Assembly (NCBI GenBank): GCA_041650875.1
Contig: JBAZKI010000001.1
Coordinates: 43,350 to 75,349 of the forward strand
DNA from: Patescibacteria group bacterium
GTDB lineage: Bacteria; Patescibacteriota; Microgenomatia; UBA1406; GWC2-37-13
Direction of reading: 5' to 3'
Length of the DNA: 32,000 nucleotides
Within the stretch, counting starts at the first letter, position 1, and each line of letters starts with the position of its first letter. The notes under the pieces are model-generated. The model saw nothing but the letters and a program-made list of their open reading frames with translations. It searched no databases and was not told where the DNA came from. The position numbers and the translations under genes were made by a program. Below, in pieces: positions 1-8,616 of the stretch.

Positions 1-910
1 TAAATGCATCTGATCCTGCGCCTGATCCGTAGGAAGCTAAAAATATGTTTTGTCCGCAACGGGCAACATCCAAAACTGAAACCAATCCAAAAAGCGCAGA
101 GGCTGTATACGTATTTCCCAGATATTCAACTGCAAGGGACTGTTTTATCTGCTCTTGGGTAAATCCAAGCTGGGACGCAACTTGGCGGGGAAATTTTCCG
201 TTTGGCATATGAAAAACCGCATACGCAAAATCACTTGGTTTTAAGCTATTTCTTTTTAATATATGGTGTGAGGATTCCAGAATATGATGAAAATAGGAAG
301 GTTTTCCGGTAAATCTACCTCCATGGGACGGGTATCGAATCCCTTCCCTTCTCCAAAAATCCGGTGTATCAGATGAAAACGAATTCATATCAACAATCTC
401 AAGAATCGGATCTTTTTTTCCAATAATCAGGCTAACCGATCCTGACGCAGCCGTATATTCAAGAGAATCATGGGGTTTTCCTGTCCCTTTGTCCGATGCC
501 GCAACCAGTGCGTATGATGCATGATTTGATGAGACGAGTCCGGATGCAACAATTATTCCACCCGTTGCAGCCTTACACGCAAATTGCAAATCAGATGCCA
601 GATAGTGTTTGTCTATCCCCAAAAATTCCGCCAGTATAGTCGAAGACGGATTAACGGCATAGGATGGTGTTTCAGAACCGAAAAAAACTGCTTTTATGTT
701 TTTTGTATCAATCCCTGACTCCTTGATTGCAATTGATGCAGATTCGTAAGCCATAGTAAGTGCGTCTTCATCGGTTGCCGACACTGCTTTTTCATAAATC
801 CGTAGGGAAGAATAAATATCTTTCGGATTCTTACCCCACATCCTGGCAATATCCTCAATTTTAATCCGGTATCTGGGCACATAATACCCGTATGATACTA
901 TTCCTATCAT
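1..910 (-). CDS. Hydroxymethylglutaryl-CoA synthase, archaeal-type (C-terminus cut by window edge)
   Basis: Absent from the ORF track because it runs off the window. My minus-strand translation from ATG 910-908 reads MIGIVSYGYYVPRYRIKIEDIARMWGKN...DLQFACKAATGGI...LEYTAASGS...FHMPNGKFP...LASYGSGAGSDAF. This is a thiolase-fold HMGCS with the N-terminus typical of archaeal enzymes. The start lies 2 nt after the HMGR stop. Confidence 0.8.
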   Translation of the reverse strand, partial: MIGIVSYGYYVPRYRIKIEDIARMWGKNPKDIYSSLRIYEKAVSATDEDALTMAYESASIAIKESGIDTKNIKAVFFGSETPSYAVNPSSTILAEFLGIDKHYLASDLQFACKAATGGIIVASGLVSSNHASYALVAASDKGTGKPHDSLEYTAASGSVSLIIGKKDPILEIVDMNSFSSDTPDFWRREGIRYPSHGGRFTGKPSYFHHILESSHHILKRNSLKPSDFAYAVFHMPNGKFPRQVASQLGFTQEQIKQSLAVEYLGNTYTASALFGLVSVLDVARCGQNIFLASYGSGAGSDAF

Positions 911-912
911 GA

Positions 913-2031
913 TTAACGTCCTAATTTTTTATGAACTTTTGCTAATGAACCTTCCTCAAGCGAAGAAAGGAGCGACAGCTCACCGGCCAGAACAACACCT
1001 ACAAGAATTTCGGTCAATGCTTCAGCCCTGTTCACTTTCATGATTGATATGGCTTCTTTCTTTATCTGCAAGTTGGTACCACCTCCGACAGTACCCACCA
1101 TAAGAGCAGGAAGATAAACGCTTATATATAAATCGCCTTTTTCAAGAATCTCCAGAAAGGTTACACCCATGCTTCCCTCAACAACATGCGCAAGATCCTG
1201 ACCTGTTGCTGCAAAAAAAGCAGCAATAATATTTGCATAATGCGCATTGTATCCAAGAGATCCAGCCATAAGCGACCCCAACAGGCATTTACTCAACCAT
1301 ACTTTGTATAGTTTTTCAGGAGTTGTCTTAAGAATGTTACCTACAGTACTTTTTTTGATTACTGTCTCAGCCCATCCGGTTTTTCCGCGGCCTGAGATGA
1401 AATTCAACCATGCCGGTTTTTTATCTATACAGTAATTACCTGACAAGCAAATACATTTCGTTCCTCGTTTACTCTGTATGTATTTGACTATACTGTCTGT
1501 TGCAATGGTTACCATATTCATTCCCATTGCCTCTGCTGTATCAAAATACAAACGGAGAAATACATATCGTCCCACAGATTTTGATTCAATTTTAAGGAGA
1601 TTGATATATGATGAAGTCAAGCGTACAACCTCCTTTATCTGGGAAAAATGTTTTTCGATCCATTCTTTAAAATTTCTTCCCTCGTTTAGATTTGACACCA
1701 GAAATACCGGTCCGCGTGTTGCACCAACCGTTTCCACATAGGTATTTACTCCTCCTGAAACTGTAATCGCCTTACAACCTCTGTTTACCGAGGCAACAAG
1801 CGCGCCTTCGGTCGTTGCCAGAGGAACAAAGCATTCTCCTTTGGTACATTCGCCATTAATAAGAAGAGGTCCTGCCACTCCCATGGGAAGAATTGTTCCT
1901 CCGATAAGATTTTCACAATAAACCTCATTTTCATCAAATAGGACACCTGCAACCGAAGGAAGACTTATATCAAGCTGTGACTCTATAGCTTTTCTTCTTT
2001 TGGCTGAAGAAGAATACTCTGATAATTTCAT
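913..2031 (-). CDS. hmgA: HMG-CoA reductase, class I type, soluble catalytic domain only
   Basis: 372 aa with an ATG start. Class I motifs are present: ENLIGGTILPMGVAGPLLING, TTEGALVAS, EAMGMNM, GTVGGGT. Confidence 0.9.
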   Translation of the reverse strand: MKLSEYSSSAKRRKAIESQLDISLPSVAGVLFDENEVYCENLIGGTILPMGVAGPLLINGECTKGECFVPLATTEGALVASVNRGCKAITVSGGVNTYVETVGATRGPVFLVSNLNEGRNFKEWIEKHFSQIKEVVRLTSSYINLLKIESKSVGRYVFLRLYFDTAEAMGMNMVTIATDSIVKYIQSKRGTKCICLSGNYCIDKKPAWLNFISGRGKTGWAETVIKKSTVGNILKTTPEKLYKVWLSKCLLGSLMAGSLGYNAHYANIIAAFFAATGQDLAHVVEGSMGVTFLEILEKGDLYISVYLPALMVGTVGGGTNLQIKKEAISIMKVNRAEALTEILVGVVLAGELSLLSSLEEGSLAKVHKKLGR

Positions 2032-2072
2032 ATACTATATGAGTCTTTATATTAGAAAAAATCATTTGAAAT

Positions 2073-2684
2073 CTAGATAAAGGGAATTCTGAAGATTTTC
2101 AGATGATACAGAAGGATTGATAATGGTATAAAGAGAACCGCATAAAGCAAGAACGCATATATAATGCGGTATAACCCGAGACGATAGGAAAAACGCAGTG
2201 AAAAATATATAAGAATAAATTTCCACATAAGCAGACTCATGGAATATGCAATAAAAAAAATGCTAAACCCTTTTCCCAGAATTGACATAGTACGCGGTGG
2301 AGGAAGAATAACAAACAAAATTAAGTTTGTTGCAAACCATAATAAAGTTGGCATAAGAGTGTATCCAAATGAATAGACAAAGATTTTGATATCTGCCTTA
2401 ACTTTAAAAGAGGAACTGATTAAATGAAAAAATAATACGGTCAGGAAAAAAAGGAATAAAAACATTGCATAAGCGAGAAAACCCCATATCACATCGCCCC
2501 GAAGCAAATGAGAAACAAGAAAATATAAAAACGCAAGAAATAAAATGACAATAAGCTGATATAGATCGGAAGAGAGAGATATCCTTCTCATGGTCTTATA
2601 CGGTACAAATAAAAGAAGTACGGTACGTCGGATAACTATAATAAATGATGCAAGAAGATAAATGGTAATTTTATTAAAATCCAT
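2073..2684 (-). CDS. Polytopic membrane protein, unknown function
   Basis: Five or six hydrophobic helices. The track ORF begins at a TTG (2711); the first ATG is at 2684 (MDFNKITIYLL...). It overlaps the upstream small ORF by 11 nt. Confidence 0.6.
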   Translation of the reverse strand: MDFNKITIYLLASFIIVIRRTVLLLFVPYKTMRRISLSSDLYQLIVILFLAFLYFLVSHLLRGDVIWGFLAYAMFLFLFFLTVLFFHLISSSFKVKADIKIFVYSFGYTLMPTLLWFATNLILFVILPPPRTMSILGKGFSIFFIAYSMSLLMWKFILIYFSLRFSYRLGLYRIIYAFLLYAVLFIPLSILLYHLKIFRIPFI

Positions 2685-2907
2685 ACTGCAGAATGCTTGC
2701 CAAACGGACAACCATATATCCGAAAATCAAATAAAGAAGAAGCGCCCCCAAAAGCGAAGCCGGAACTACAATCCGAAAGGGCATCCTTTTGAAATATTTG
2801 TTTACTCTCCGGTACCATAACGTCAAAAACGGTAAACCCAAATCATTGGGCTCCACGTTATACACCTCATTTAACCGGTGTTTTAGTCTCCCAAAATTTG
2901 ATTTCAT
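2674..2907 (-). CDS. Small single-pass membrane protein; position suggests an anti-sigma partner
   Basis: 77 aa with an ATG start and a C-terminal TM helix (VVPASLLGALLLYLIFGYMVV). It sits 8 nt downstream of the ECF sigma gene. The function is positional inference only. Confidence 0.45.
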   Translation of the reverse strand: MKSNFGRLKHRLNEVYNVEPNDLGLPFLTLWYRRVNKYFKRMPFRIVVPASLLGALLLYLIFGYMVVRLASILQYGF

Positions 2908-2914
2908 ACAGGAC

Positions 2915-3481
2915 TTATCTTGTAAACGTCTTTATAAAAGCGTGCCTTGCACGATACAAAAGACTTTCGGTTGTCTTAAAGGGTAAAGCAAGCTTCTGCG
3001 CTATTTCTTTTACCCTATGGCCGTCCATATACTTTAGTCTTAAGATGATCTGATAATCATTCGGCAGTTTCCCTATTGTCTTATCAATTTTTTCAGCCAA
3101 CTCGTTTCTTTCAATTTGGTCATCCATAAATACCGTCAAGACATTTTCAACAACATATCTAGGGAGAGCAGAAAATAAAATTTTCTTAATCTTTTTCTTT
3201 TTAATATGGTCAATGACTTTATTACGCGCAATGCAAAAAAGGTATGTTTTTAGCGAACTATTTCCCCGAAAATCCCGTATTCCTTCGATAAAATCATAAA
3301 ATACATCCTGCGTCAACTCTTCTGCCGTTTCTTTTTTCCCAAGTTGTTTAAAGATAAATCTGAATATTTGTGGGTGATGGGCATCATAAAAGTGGCGCAA
3401 CATTCTCGCATCCCTTTTTTTAATTTTTTCAAGAATTTTCGCTTCATTGCCGTCCATAAACATAGTATAATATTGTATCAT
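2915..3481 (-). CDS. ECF-type sigma-70 family RNA polymerase sigma factor
   Basis: Region 2 reads AEELTQDVFYDFIEGIRDF...YLFCIARNKVIDHIKKKK. Region 4 HTH reads LRLKYMDGHRVKEIAQKLALPFKTTESLLYRARHAF. The real start may be Met7 (3463), which has leaderless promoter geometry. Confidence 0.85.
   Translation of the reverse strand: MIQYYTMFMDGNEAKILEKIKKRDARMLRHFYDAHHPQIFRFIFKQLGKKETAEELTQDVFYDFIEGIRDFRGNSSLKTYLFCIARNKVIDHIKKKKIKKILFSALPRYVVENVLTVFMDDQIERNELAEKIDKTIGKLPNDYQIILRLKYMDGHRVKEIAQKLALPFKTTESLLYRARHAFIKTFTR
3466..3477. promoter_or_regulatory. Back-to-back -10 boxes of divergent promoters (TATAAT on +, TACAAT on -)
   Basis: The sequence tataat|attgta spans 3466-3477. The plus hexamer lies 12 nt before ATG 3484. 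The minus hexamer lies 8 nt before Met7 of the sigma gene (3463), with TTGCGG 17 nt upstream (3495-3500). Confidence 0.45.
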
Positions 3482-3483
3482 TT

Positions 3484-4365
3484 ATGGAACAAAACCGCAA
3501 AAGGCTGCTTGTTCTTTTGGTACTGCTTCTTTTTATGGCAATAGCCTTTATCACATCCTCTTTCCTTCCTTCTTTAGTACACAAAATGAGGCAATCTCTT
3601 TTTTCCCTGACTCAGGAAAATCTCCGTGGTTATATCATAACCGGAGATATAAAAAACCAGTCTCTTGTGCATGATAAAAATGTTTGGGTCGTCAAAAAAG
3701 ACAATGTCATATTTCCTGCAGATCCGGAAAAAATTAACCGGATTACCGATATTTTAAATAATCTTACAAAAGAAACGGTTGTCTCTGAAAATATAAAAAA
3801 GCATGCACTTTTTGGTATTGATAAGAAAAAAATCACTATTCAGACAACAGCAGGAGAAAAAAAGCTGTATATCGGAAAATATTATGCGGGTAATGCTCAT
3901 TACGCCCGTATAGGTAATGAAAATCAGATATTTTTGGGAGAAGGACTGGGTGAACTGAATTTGGATGAGGACTACCGTGACCTTAATACGGATTTCATTG
4001 CAAACAAAGAGGATATCAATTCGATACTGATTGAATCCTCGCATAATACTACCACTCTTGCAAAAAAAGGGAAAGAATGGTCTATCGGTGCTCAACGCGC
4101 ATCAATAACAAAAGTGGATCAATTCCTGAATGATTTAATTACGCTTGAAGCATCTGATATACTGCCGGAAAAAGACAAGCTGCAGACAACTGATGAGTCA
4201 TTTTCCATAACAACAAAAGGAAAAGATTCTGCAACGCACATATTGTTTGTCCCTTATAATGAAACCTCTTACAAAGTCCAATCTTCCTCATCCACATTGA
4301 CTTATGTTGTTGCGGATGTATATGTATCGGCTCTTCAAAAAAATATTGATGATTTTCTTGAATGA
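3484..4365 (+). CDS. N-terminally anchored extracytoplasmic protein, unknown function
   Basis: 293 aa with an N-terminal TM/signal anchor (LLVLLVLLLFMAIAFITSSFL) followed by a hydrophilic beta-rich body. No motif recognised. Confidence 0.6.
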   Translation: MEQNRKRLLVLLVLLLFMAIAFITSSFLPSLVHKMRQSLFSLTQENLRGYIITGDIKNQSLVHDKNVWVVKKDNVIFPADPEKINRITDILNNLTKETVVSENIKKHALFGIDKKKITIQTTAGEKKLYIGKYYAGNAHYARIGNENQIFLGEGLGELNLDEDYRDLNTDFIANKEDINSILIESSHNTTTLAKKGKEWSIGAQRASITKVDQFLNDLITLEASDILPEKDKLQTTDESFSITTKGKDSATHILFVPYNETSYKVQSSSSTLTYVVADVYVSALQKNIDDFLE

Positions 4366-4366
4366 T

Positions 4367-6130
4367 TTATAAAGCTATTCTCATGATTTTTGCTTTTAGC
4401 AGCAGATAGACATCGCTTTCAAACACCACAAAATCCGTGGCCTCAGACAAGGATCGTGATCTAATCTGTTTTAAATAGGTACCGTCTTTGGAAAAAACAT
4501 ATAGAATCCCTTTTGATTTATCCCAGGCAAAGACCTCATCCAGATCCTTATCCGTGTATATCTTTACCAAGCGCATTCCTGAATCTGGAAATTGAAAGTC
4601 CAGGTCTTCTTTTATCCCTGACAGATATTTGACAATCCTATCCTCAAGCCCTACATATACAGCCGAATCTATAGCGAGTGAATTTGCCTGTTTCAGAGCC
4701 TGAATACCTCCTGCTTTGATATATGAGGATTTTCCCGAATACCCGTTTTCGGCAACCAAATATTTGTATATTTCCTCTTTACTTTCATCCAAAATATAAA
4801 TATTGCCGTTATATATATTCATATCAATGATATTACCCCAATCATCGTCATCTTCAATGATGCGTTCAGGCTTTTCCTTATCATCTGACCTAAAAATGCC
4901 TGACCCATCTTTGTAGAAATATACTGAGTTTTCGTATGAGGACACAAGACGCGCATTGGCAATGGTGCCGGACACAATCTTTTCGAACGATTTATTTTCC
5001 AAGGACAATATATATATTTTCCCTTCCCTGTTTAAAAGAACAGCTTTTTTATCTGACATATACATCTCATCAGCTTTCGCATCTTTTTCCTCCAGATTCA
5101 GATCGTAAAACTCAACTGCTTTTTTTTCTTCCAGCTTCAATGCCTGTGCTTCATAACGCGCTATAATACTTTCAATTTCTTTTATCGAAGCTGTATCTAT
5201 ATTTTTTTCCTTCTCTGCAAAATCACTCAGTATCTGCCTTGCTTCCGCGATGATTCCTAAAGATCTGGATATATCACTATTTGTCTCAACTGTCTGCAGT
5301 TGTGCCTCAATTTCCTGTTTGATGGTATCTGCCGTACGCTTTTGTATGCCTAATTGTTTTTTTCCGAATAAGCTTCCTGCGTTCACCACAAGAAGTAAAA
5401 AAATAAAGATAATAGCAGCAAATACTATCCGCTTTTTTTTATTCTCTTTGAGAAGATCACGAATACGCAAAAAAAGAAGGTATGGTTTTGAAGGTTGCGG
5501 TTGATATATATGCGGTTGCTCAAAAGATGGTTCAAGGGTATCAGAAGTAGATAATTCTTCATATTCATCAACCCTTTCATCAAATACTGTAAATAAAATA
5601 ACACCGGAGTCTTTTCCTTCCCTGTGTGCGCTCGTCAGATCCTCCACCATTTCTCCCGGAAGTTTTTTTGAGTGGATTATTTTCTTGATCTGTTCCTTAC
5701 TCTTCATCGTATCCATAAAATACGATGTTGAAAAGATAAACAGATCTCCTTTTATGATATGTCCGGAGGCTGTATTATTACCCTCAATAATGAGTTTCAT
5801 TTGGGATTTTCTTTGTATGTATATCTGCCCGGTACCCACGGTTTTCAGATAGAAAATAAATCCGTTGCAATATCCAGTTGCAAGAGAAAAATCAATTGGA
5901 ATATCTTTATTCCCAATGGCTGTATGTATTGCTTCGTCAAATTCGTCGAGTGAATGTGGCTGTTTTTCAATAACCTGCCTGCCAATCTCTTTTAATAATG
6001 CCTCCCCGTCAGTATGAGAGTAATCACCAAACACCTCAAGAATACAAAAAAAGTTGTTTTCCGCAATAAAGGAAGCATATGCTTCTTCCTGCTCCCGCCC
6101 TATATATCCGGCAAAAATTGGATGTAACAT
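4367..6130 (-). CDS. Single-pass membrane protein: degenerate PP2C/SpoIIE-like N-domain, TM, coiled coil, C-terminal beta-propeller-like repeats
   Basis: 587 aa. The N-terminal ~190 aa resemble a PPM fold without an obvious metal-binding DGxGG motif. The TM helix is IVFAAIIFIFLLLVVNAGSLF, followed by a heptad-rich segment. At least five repeats of hYhL(D/S)-type strands follow at ~40-45 aa spacing (GKIYILSLE, GNIYILDES, SAVYVGLED, GILYVFSKD, SDVYLLLKA). Confidence 0.6.
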   Translation of the reverse strand: MLHPIFAGYIGREQEEAYASFIAENNFFCILEVFGDYSHTDGEALLKEIGRQVIEKQPHSLDEFDEAIHTAIGNKDIPIDFSLATGYCNGFIFYLKTVGTGQIYIQRKSQMKLIIEGNNTASGHIIKGDLFIFSTSYFMDTMKSKEQIKKIIHSKKLPGEMVEDLTSAHREGKDSGVILFTVFDERVDEYEELSTSDTLEPSFEQPHIYQPQPSKPYLLFLRIRDLLKENKKKRIVFAAIIFIFLLLVVNAGSLFGKKQLGIQKRTADTIKQEIEAQLQTVETNSDISRSLGIIAEARQILSDFAEKEKNIDTASIKEIESIIARYEAQALKLEEKKAVEFYDLNLEEKDAKADEMYMSDKKAVLLNREGKIYILSLENKSFEKIVSGTIANARLVSSYENSVYFYKDGSGIFRSDDKEKPERIIEDDDDWGNIIDMNIYNGNIYILDESKEEIYKYLVAENGYSGKSSYIKAGGIQALKQANSLAIDSAVYVGLEDRIVKYLSGIKEDLDFQFPDSGMRLVKIYTDKDLDEVFAWDKSKGILYVFSKDGTYLKQIRSRSLSEATDFVVFESDVYLLLKAKIMRIAL

Positions 6131-6142
6131 ATTAATTCTGTC

Positions 6143-6391
6143 CTAGACAAAAAGAATTGAAAAAACCAGTAGTACAAATCCGATAATAATCTGAAAAAAT
6201 GTAAAAGACACTATAAATGCGTTGCGTGAATTCTGAACTGTCTTGGTGATTCCCTGAATTTGTTTAAATATCACTATGGCATAGGTGGTAAACAAAAGAG
6301 AAAAAACAACGCTGAATGATTTTATAAAAAAAAATCCCAACGCGTCTCCTGAAAAAAAATTTCCTATCGAGTCAAGCGATATGGTTTCCAT
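6143..6391 (-). CDS. Small two-TM membrane protein
   Basis: The track ORF begins at GTG 6439; the first ATG is at 6391 (METISLDSIGNFF...). There are two hydrophobic helices. It overlaps the upstream gene's 3' end. Confidence 0.45.
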   Translation of the reverse strand: METISLDSIGNFFSGDALGFFFIKSFSVVFSLLFTTYAIVIFKQIQGITKTVQNSRNAFIVSFTFFQIIIGFVLLVFSILFV

Positions 6392-6947
6392 GAGGATTGC
6401 TTTGGCTTTGGATAATTGAATTAATAATTTTTGCTGCACTGGATGGATGTGGGATATTCAGAAATTCGGTATTTGTCTCTGTTCCGGCAGTCTGTATAAA
6501 TAAATTCCCGAAATTAAAAACCGATTCCAAAAAACCGCCTGTCTTTGCGGTCACATCTTCAATGTGGCTTATCAGCGTATATGTCACTTCCTTGTATAAA
6601 ATAACGTTAAAATCAACATCTACCACCCGTTGATTTGTCACTATACCAACGTTAAAATACCAGTTGATAAACCCAAACCATACATAGTTCACCAGAAACA
6701 CCAGAAAAAAAATATTGATAAATATTATTTGAGAAATATTGAGAAATGAAGGAAAGAAAAAATTGACAAAAAACAGGATGAAAAACAAAGCAAGGGTGTT
6801 TATGAAAGTGCGAAGAAGGGTTATTGGGTGAGCCCTTAAAACCAAAAGAACCTCTTCTTTATCATTTTGCGCTTCAAATCGTGTTTGCGGTCGTATACAA
6901 AACGAGTGCAACAGCTTATGTGATGTTTTCAGCTTATCCATCATCAT
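6372..6947 (-). CDS. Membrane-flanked bacterial PH-domain (bPH_2/YdbS-like) protein
   Basis: Two TM helices are followed by IVTNQRVVDVDF...ISHIEDVTAKTGGFLESVFNFGNLFIQTAG...FLNIPHP, the pattern of the DUF304/bPH_2 family. Confidence 0.6.
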   Translation of the reverse strand: MMMDKLKTSHKLLHSFCIRPQTRFEAQNDKEEVLLVLRAHPITLLRTFINTLALFFILFFVNFFFPSFLNISQIIFINIFFLVFLVNYVWFGFINWYFNVGIVTNQRVVDVDFNVILYKEVTYTLISHIEDVTAKTGGFLESVFNFGNLFIQTAGTETNTEFLNIPHPSSAAKIINSIIQSQSNPHGNHIA

Positions 6948-6991
6948 TATTATAGCCTAAATCATGAGTTTCAACTACTTATCCTTACCTC

Positions 6992-7020
6992 TTGATAAAC
7001 TTGCGCGAATCTTTTATAAT
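6992..7020 (+). promoter_or_regulatory. Consensus sigma-70 promoter dedicated to the 5S rRNA gene
   Basis: TTGATA (6992-6997), a 17-nt spacer, then TATAAT (7015-7020). The hexamer ends 6 nt before the first base of 5S helix I. Confidence 0.7.
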
Positions 7021-7026
7021 AGACAG

Positions 7027-7147
7027 TGTCCTGGTTATTGAAGCGATTTGGAACCACCCTTCCCCATCCCGAACAAGGTCGTGAAACAAATCAGCGCTTA
7101 TGATACTCTCACATTTCGTGAAGGGAAAGTAGGTCATAGCCAGGGCA
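7027..7147 (+). rRNA. rrf: 5S ribosomal RNA (stand-alone)
   Basis: Contains GGAACCACCCTTCCCCATCCCGAACAAGGTCGTGAAAC...AGTAGGTCATAGCCAGGGCA. Helix I pairs 7027-7034 (TGTCCTGG) with 7140-7147 (CCAGGGCA). A T8 run follows at 7148-7155. No 23S or 16S sequence lies upstream. Confidence 0.9.
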
Positions 7148-7159
7148 TTTTTTTTGCCT

Positions 7160-7768
7160 TTATTCCTTAATGTCGGTAAATATGATTTTTTTCGGAACTT
7201 CAAAAATACCATCATCCTGAACACTGATGTTTTTACAGGTACGGATTAAAAGGTCAGGATTTATTCCCATTGTCTGAAAATCACTACCCACTGCATTTTT
7301 TGGAACCATGCTTGCAACGGATGATAGGGATACAAGTCCTGTTGAAAGCACTGAATCAACCATACCCAGTATTTTTCCTACTCCGCATTTTTTGACTCCG
7401 GCGCGTGATGATTTACCCCAGTTGTAAAGACAATCACCCGACAAAAGATAATACTCTGTTTCTTTTTTGCCGATAATAGAAACATGTAAACTATTTTCTC
7501 TGCGGTATGCGCTCACCGTTGCCTCCTTATTTTCATACTCACAGGCAAAAGAGTCGGTAAATCTGAACTGGTTCTGGCTTGACTTAACGGATACAGGCAC
7601 CGGTGTTGGTGTATGGAAATTTTCGCCAACTGTACCACTGCCAGAATCCGTATTACGGGAAAAAACATCATACCTTACGGAAAAACCGGCAATAACGATA
7701 AAAAGCGGGATAACGTAAAGCACCGGGATACTGCTTTTGAAAAAAGAATGTATAGAGTCGTTTCTCAT
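7160..7768 (-). CDS. N-terminally anchored exported protein, unknown function
   Basis: 202 aa with TM helix IPVLYVIPLFIVIAGFSV. It is coupled to the upstream gene by an ATGA overlap (7765-7768). Confidence 0.6.
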   Translation of the reverse strand: MRNDSIHSFFKSSIPVLYVIPLFIVIAGFSVRYDVFSRNTDSGSGTVGENFHTPTPVPVSVKSSQNQFRFTDSFACEYENKEATVSAYRRENSLHVSIIGKKETEYYLLSGDCLYNWGKSSRAGVKKCGVGKILGMVDSVLSTGLVSLSSVASMVPKNAVGSDFQTMGINPDLLIRTCKNISVQDDGIFEVPKKIIFTDIKE

Positions 7769-8580
7769 TGACTGGACTGCATCTGTTCAATCAATTCCTG
7801 TGCTTTTTGTAAATCATCGGCATCATAAGATGGAGCTCTACCTACATCTTCGGAATCCTGATCTTGCTTGATCAAAGACGGCTCTTCTATAGTTACCTTT
7901 TTAAATTCAAATGTGCTTTCGGTAACCATACCATTTGCAAACTCCATCCTCATTTTACGCATAATATATTCTTTGTCATCAAAATATATATATTGTTTTG
8001 GGTCCGCGATCATCTGATTAACAACCTGATACTTAAAACAAGTCAGACTCCCGCAAACTTCTTTGCCCATGGCTTTATAAACCAAAGCATCATCTGTTTG
8101 TACCGTATCTGCAAACTGACTCATGAGCTCTTCTGGATCAAATCCTGCAAGAGGCGTCTTTTCTCCCTCAGTTTTCAAAACAAACTTCATCCACGTTCCG
8201 TCAACCATATCTTTTGTATACGTGACGTTTCCGATTGTTATCATATTTGATATCTCTTTACCGTTTTCTTTTGTCACGAAATGAGTTCTGTCTCCAGCAA
8301 TCTCCCAAGCACTTTCTGTTTTTGTACCGGCAGAATCGATTGTAACCGATGAACCCGTGTAACCCGATTTCAAATCTGCGGCCATTTTTGTCGTTTTATC
8401 CATATATCGGCATAACTCATCATCATTTAGAGGACAATCTAAAATCAATTCTGAACTGTTGCTGCCGGGAAGCTTTGGCATAATTCCTGCTTGTTTATTT
8501 CTACCGAAGACGAAAAAACCAATACCAACCATGATTAACATTCCTACACCTATATAAATCAAAAGATTGTTTTTTTTCAT
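7765..8580 (-). CDS. N-terminally anchored exported protein, unknown function
   Basis: 271 aa with TM helix LLIYIGVGMLIMVGIGFFVF, a beta-rich body and an acidic C-terminal tail. Confidence 0.6.
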   Translation of the reverse strand: MKKNNLLIYIGVGMLIMVGIGFFVFGRNKQAGIMPKLPGSNSSELILDCPLNDDELCRYMDKTTKMAADLKSGYTGSSVTIDSAGTKTESAWEIAGDRTHFVTKENGKEISNMITIGNVTYTKDMVDGTWMKFVLKTEGEKTPLAGFDPEELMSQFADTVQTDDALVYKAMGKEVCGSLTCFKYQVVNQMIADPKQYIYFDDKEYIMRKMRMEFANGMVTESTFEFKKVTIEEPSLIKQDQDSEDVGRAPSYDADDLQKAQELIEQMQSSQ

Positions 8581-8616
8581 ATCTGTTATCCAATCAATTT
8601 ATAATTCCAAAACAAA

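Noticed and set aside
6985-7224. 79-aa minus-strand ORF from the track
   Set aside because: It lies antisense across the 5S rRNA gene and its promoter and terminator. The rRNA explains the sequence, and the ORF has no start context.
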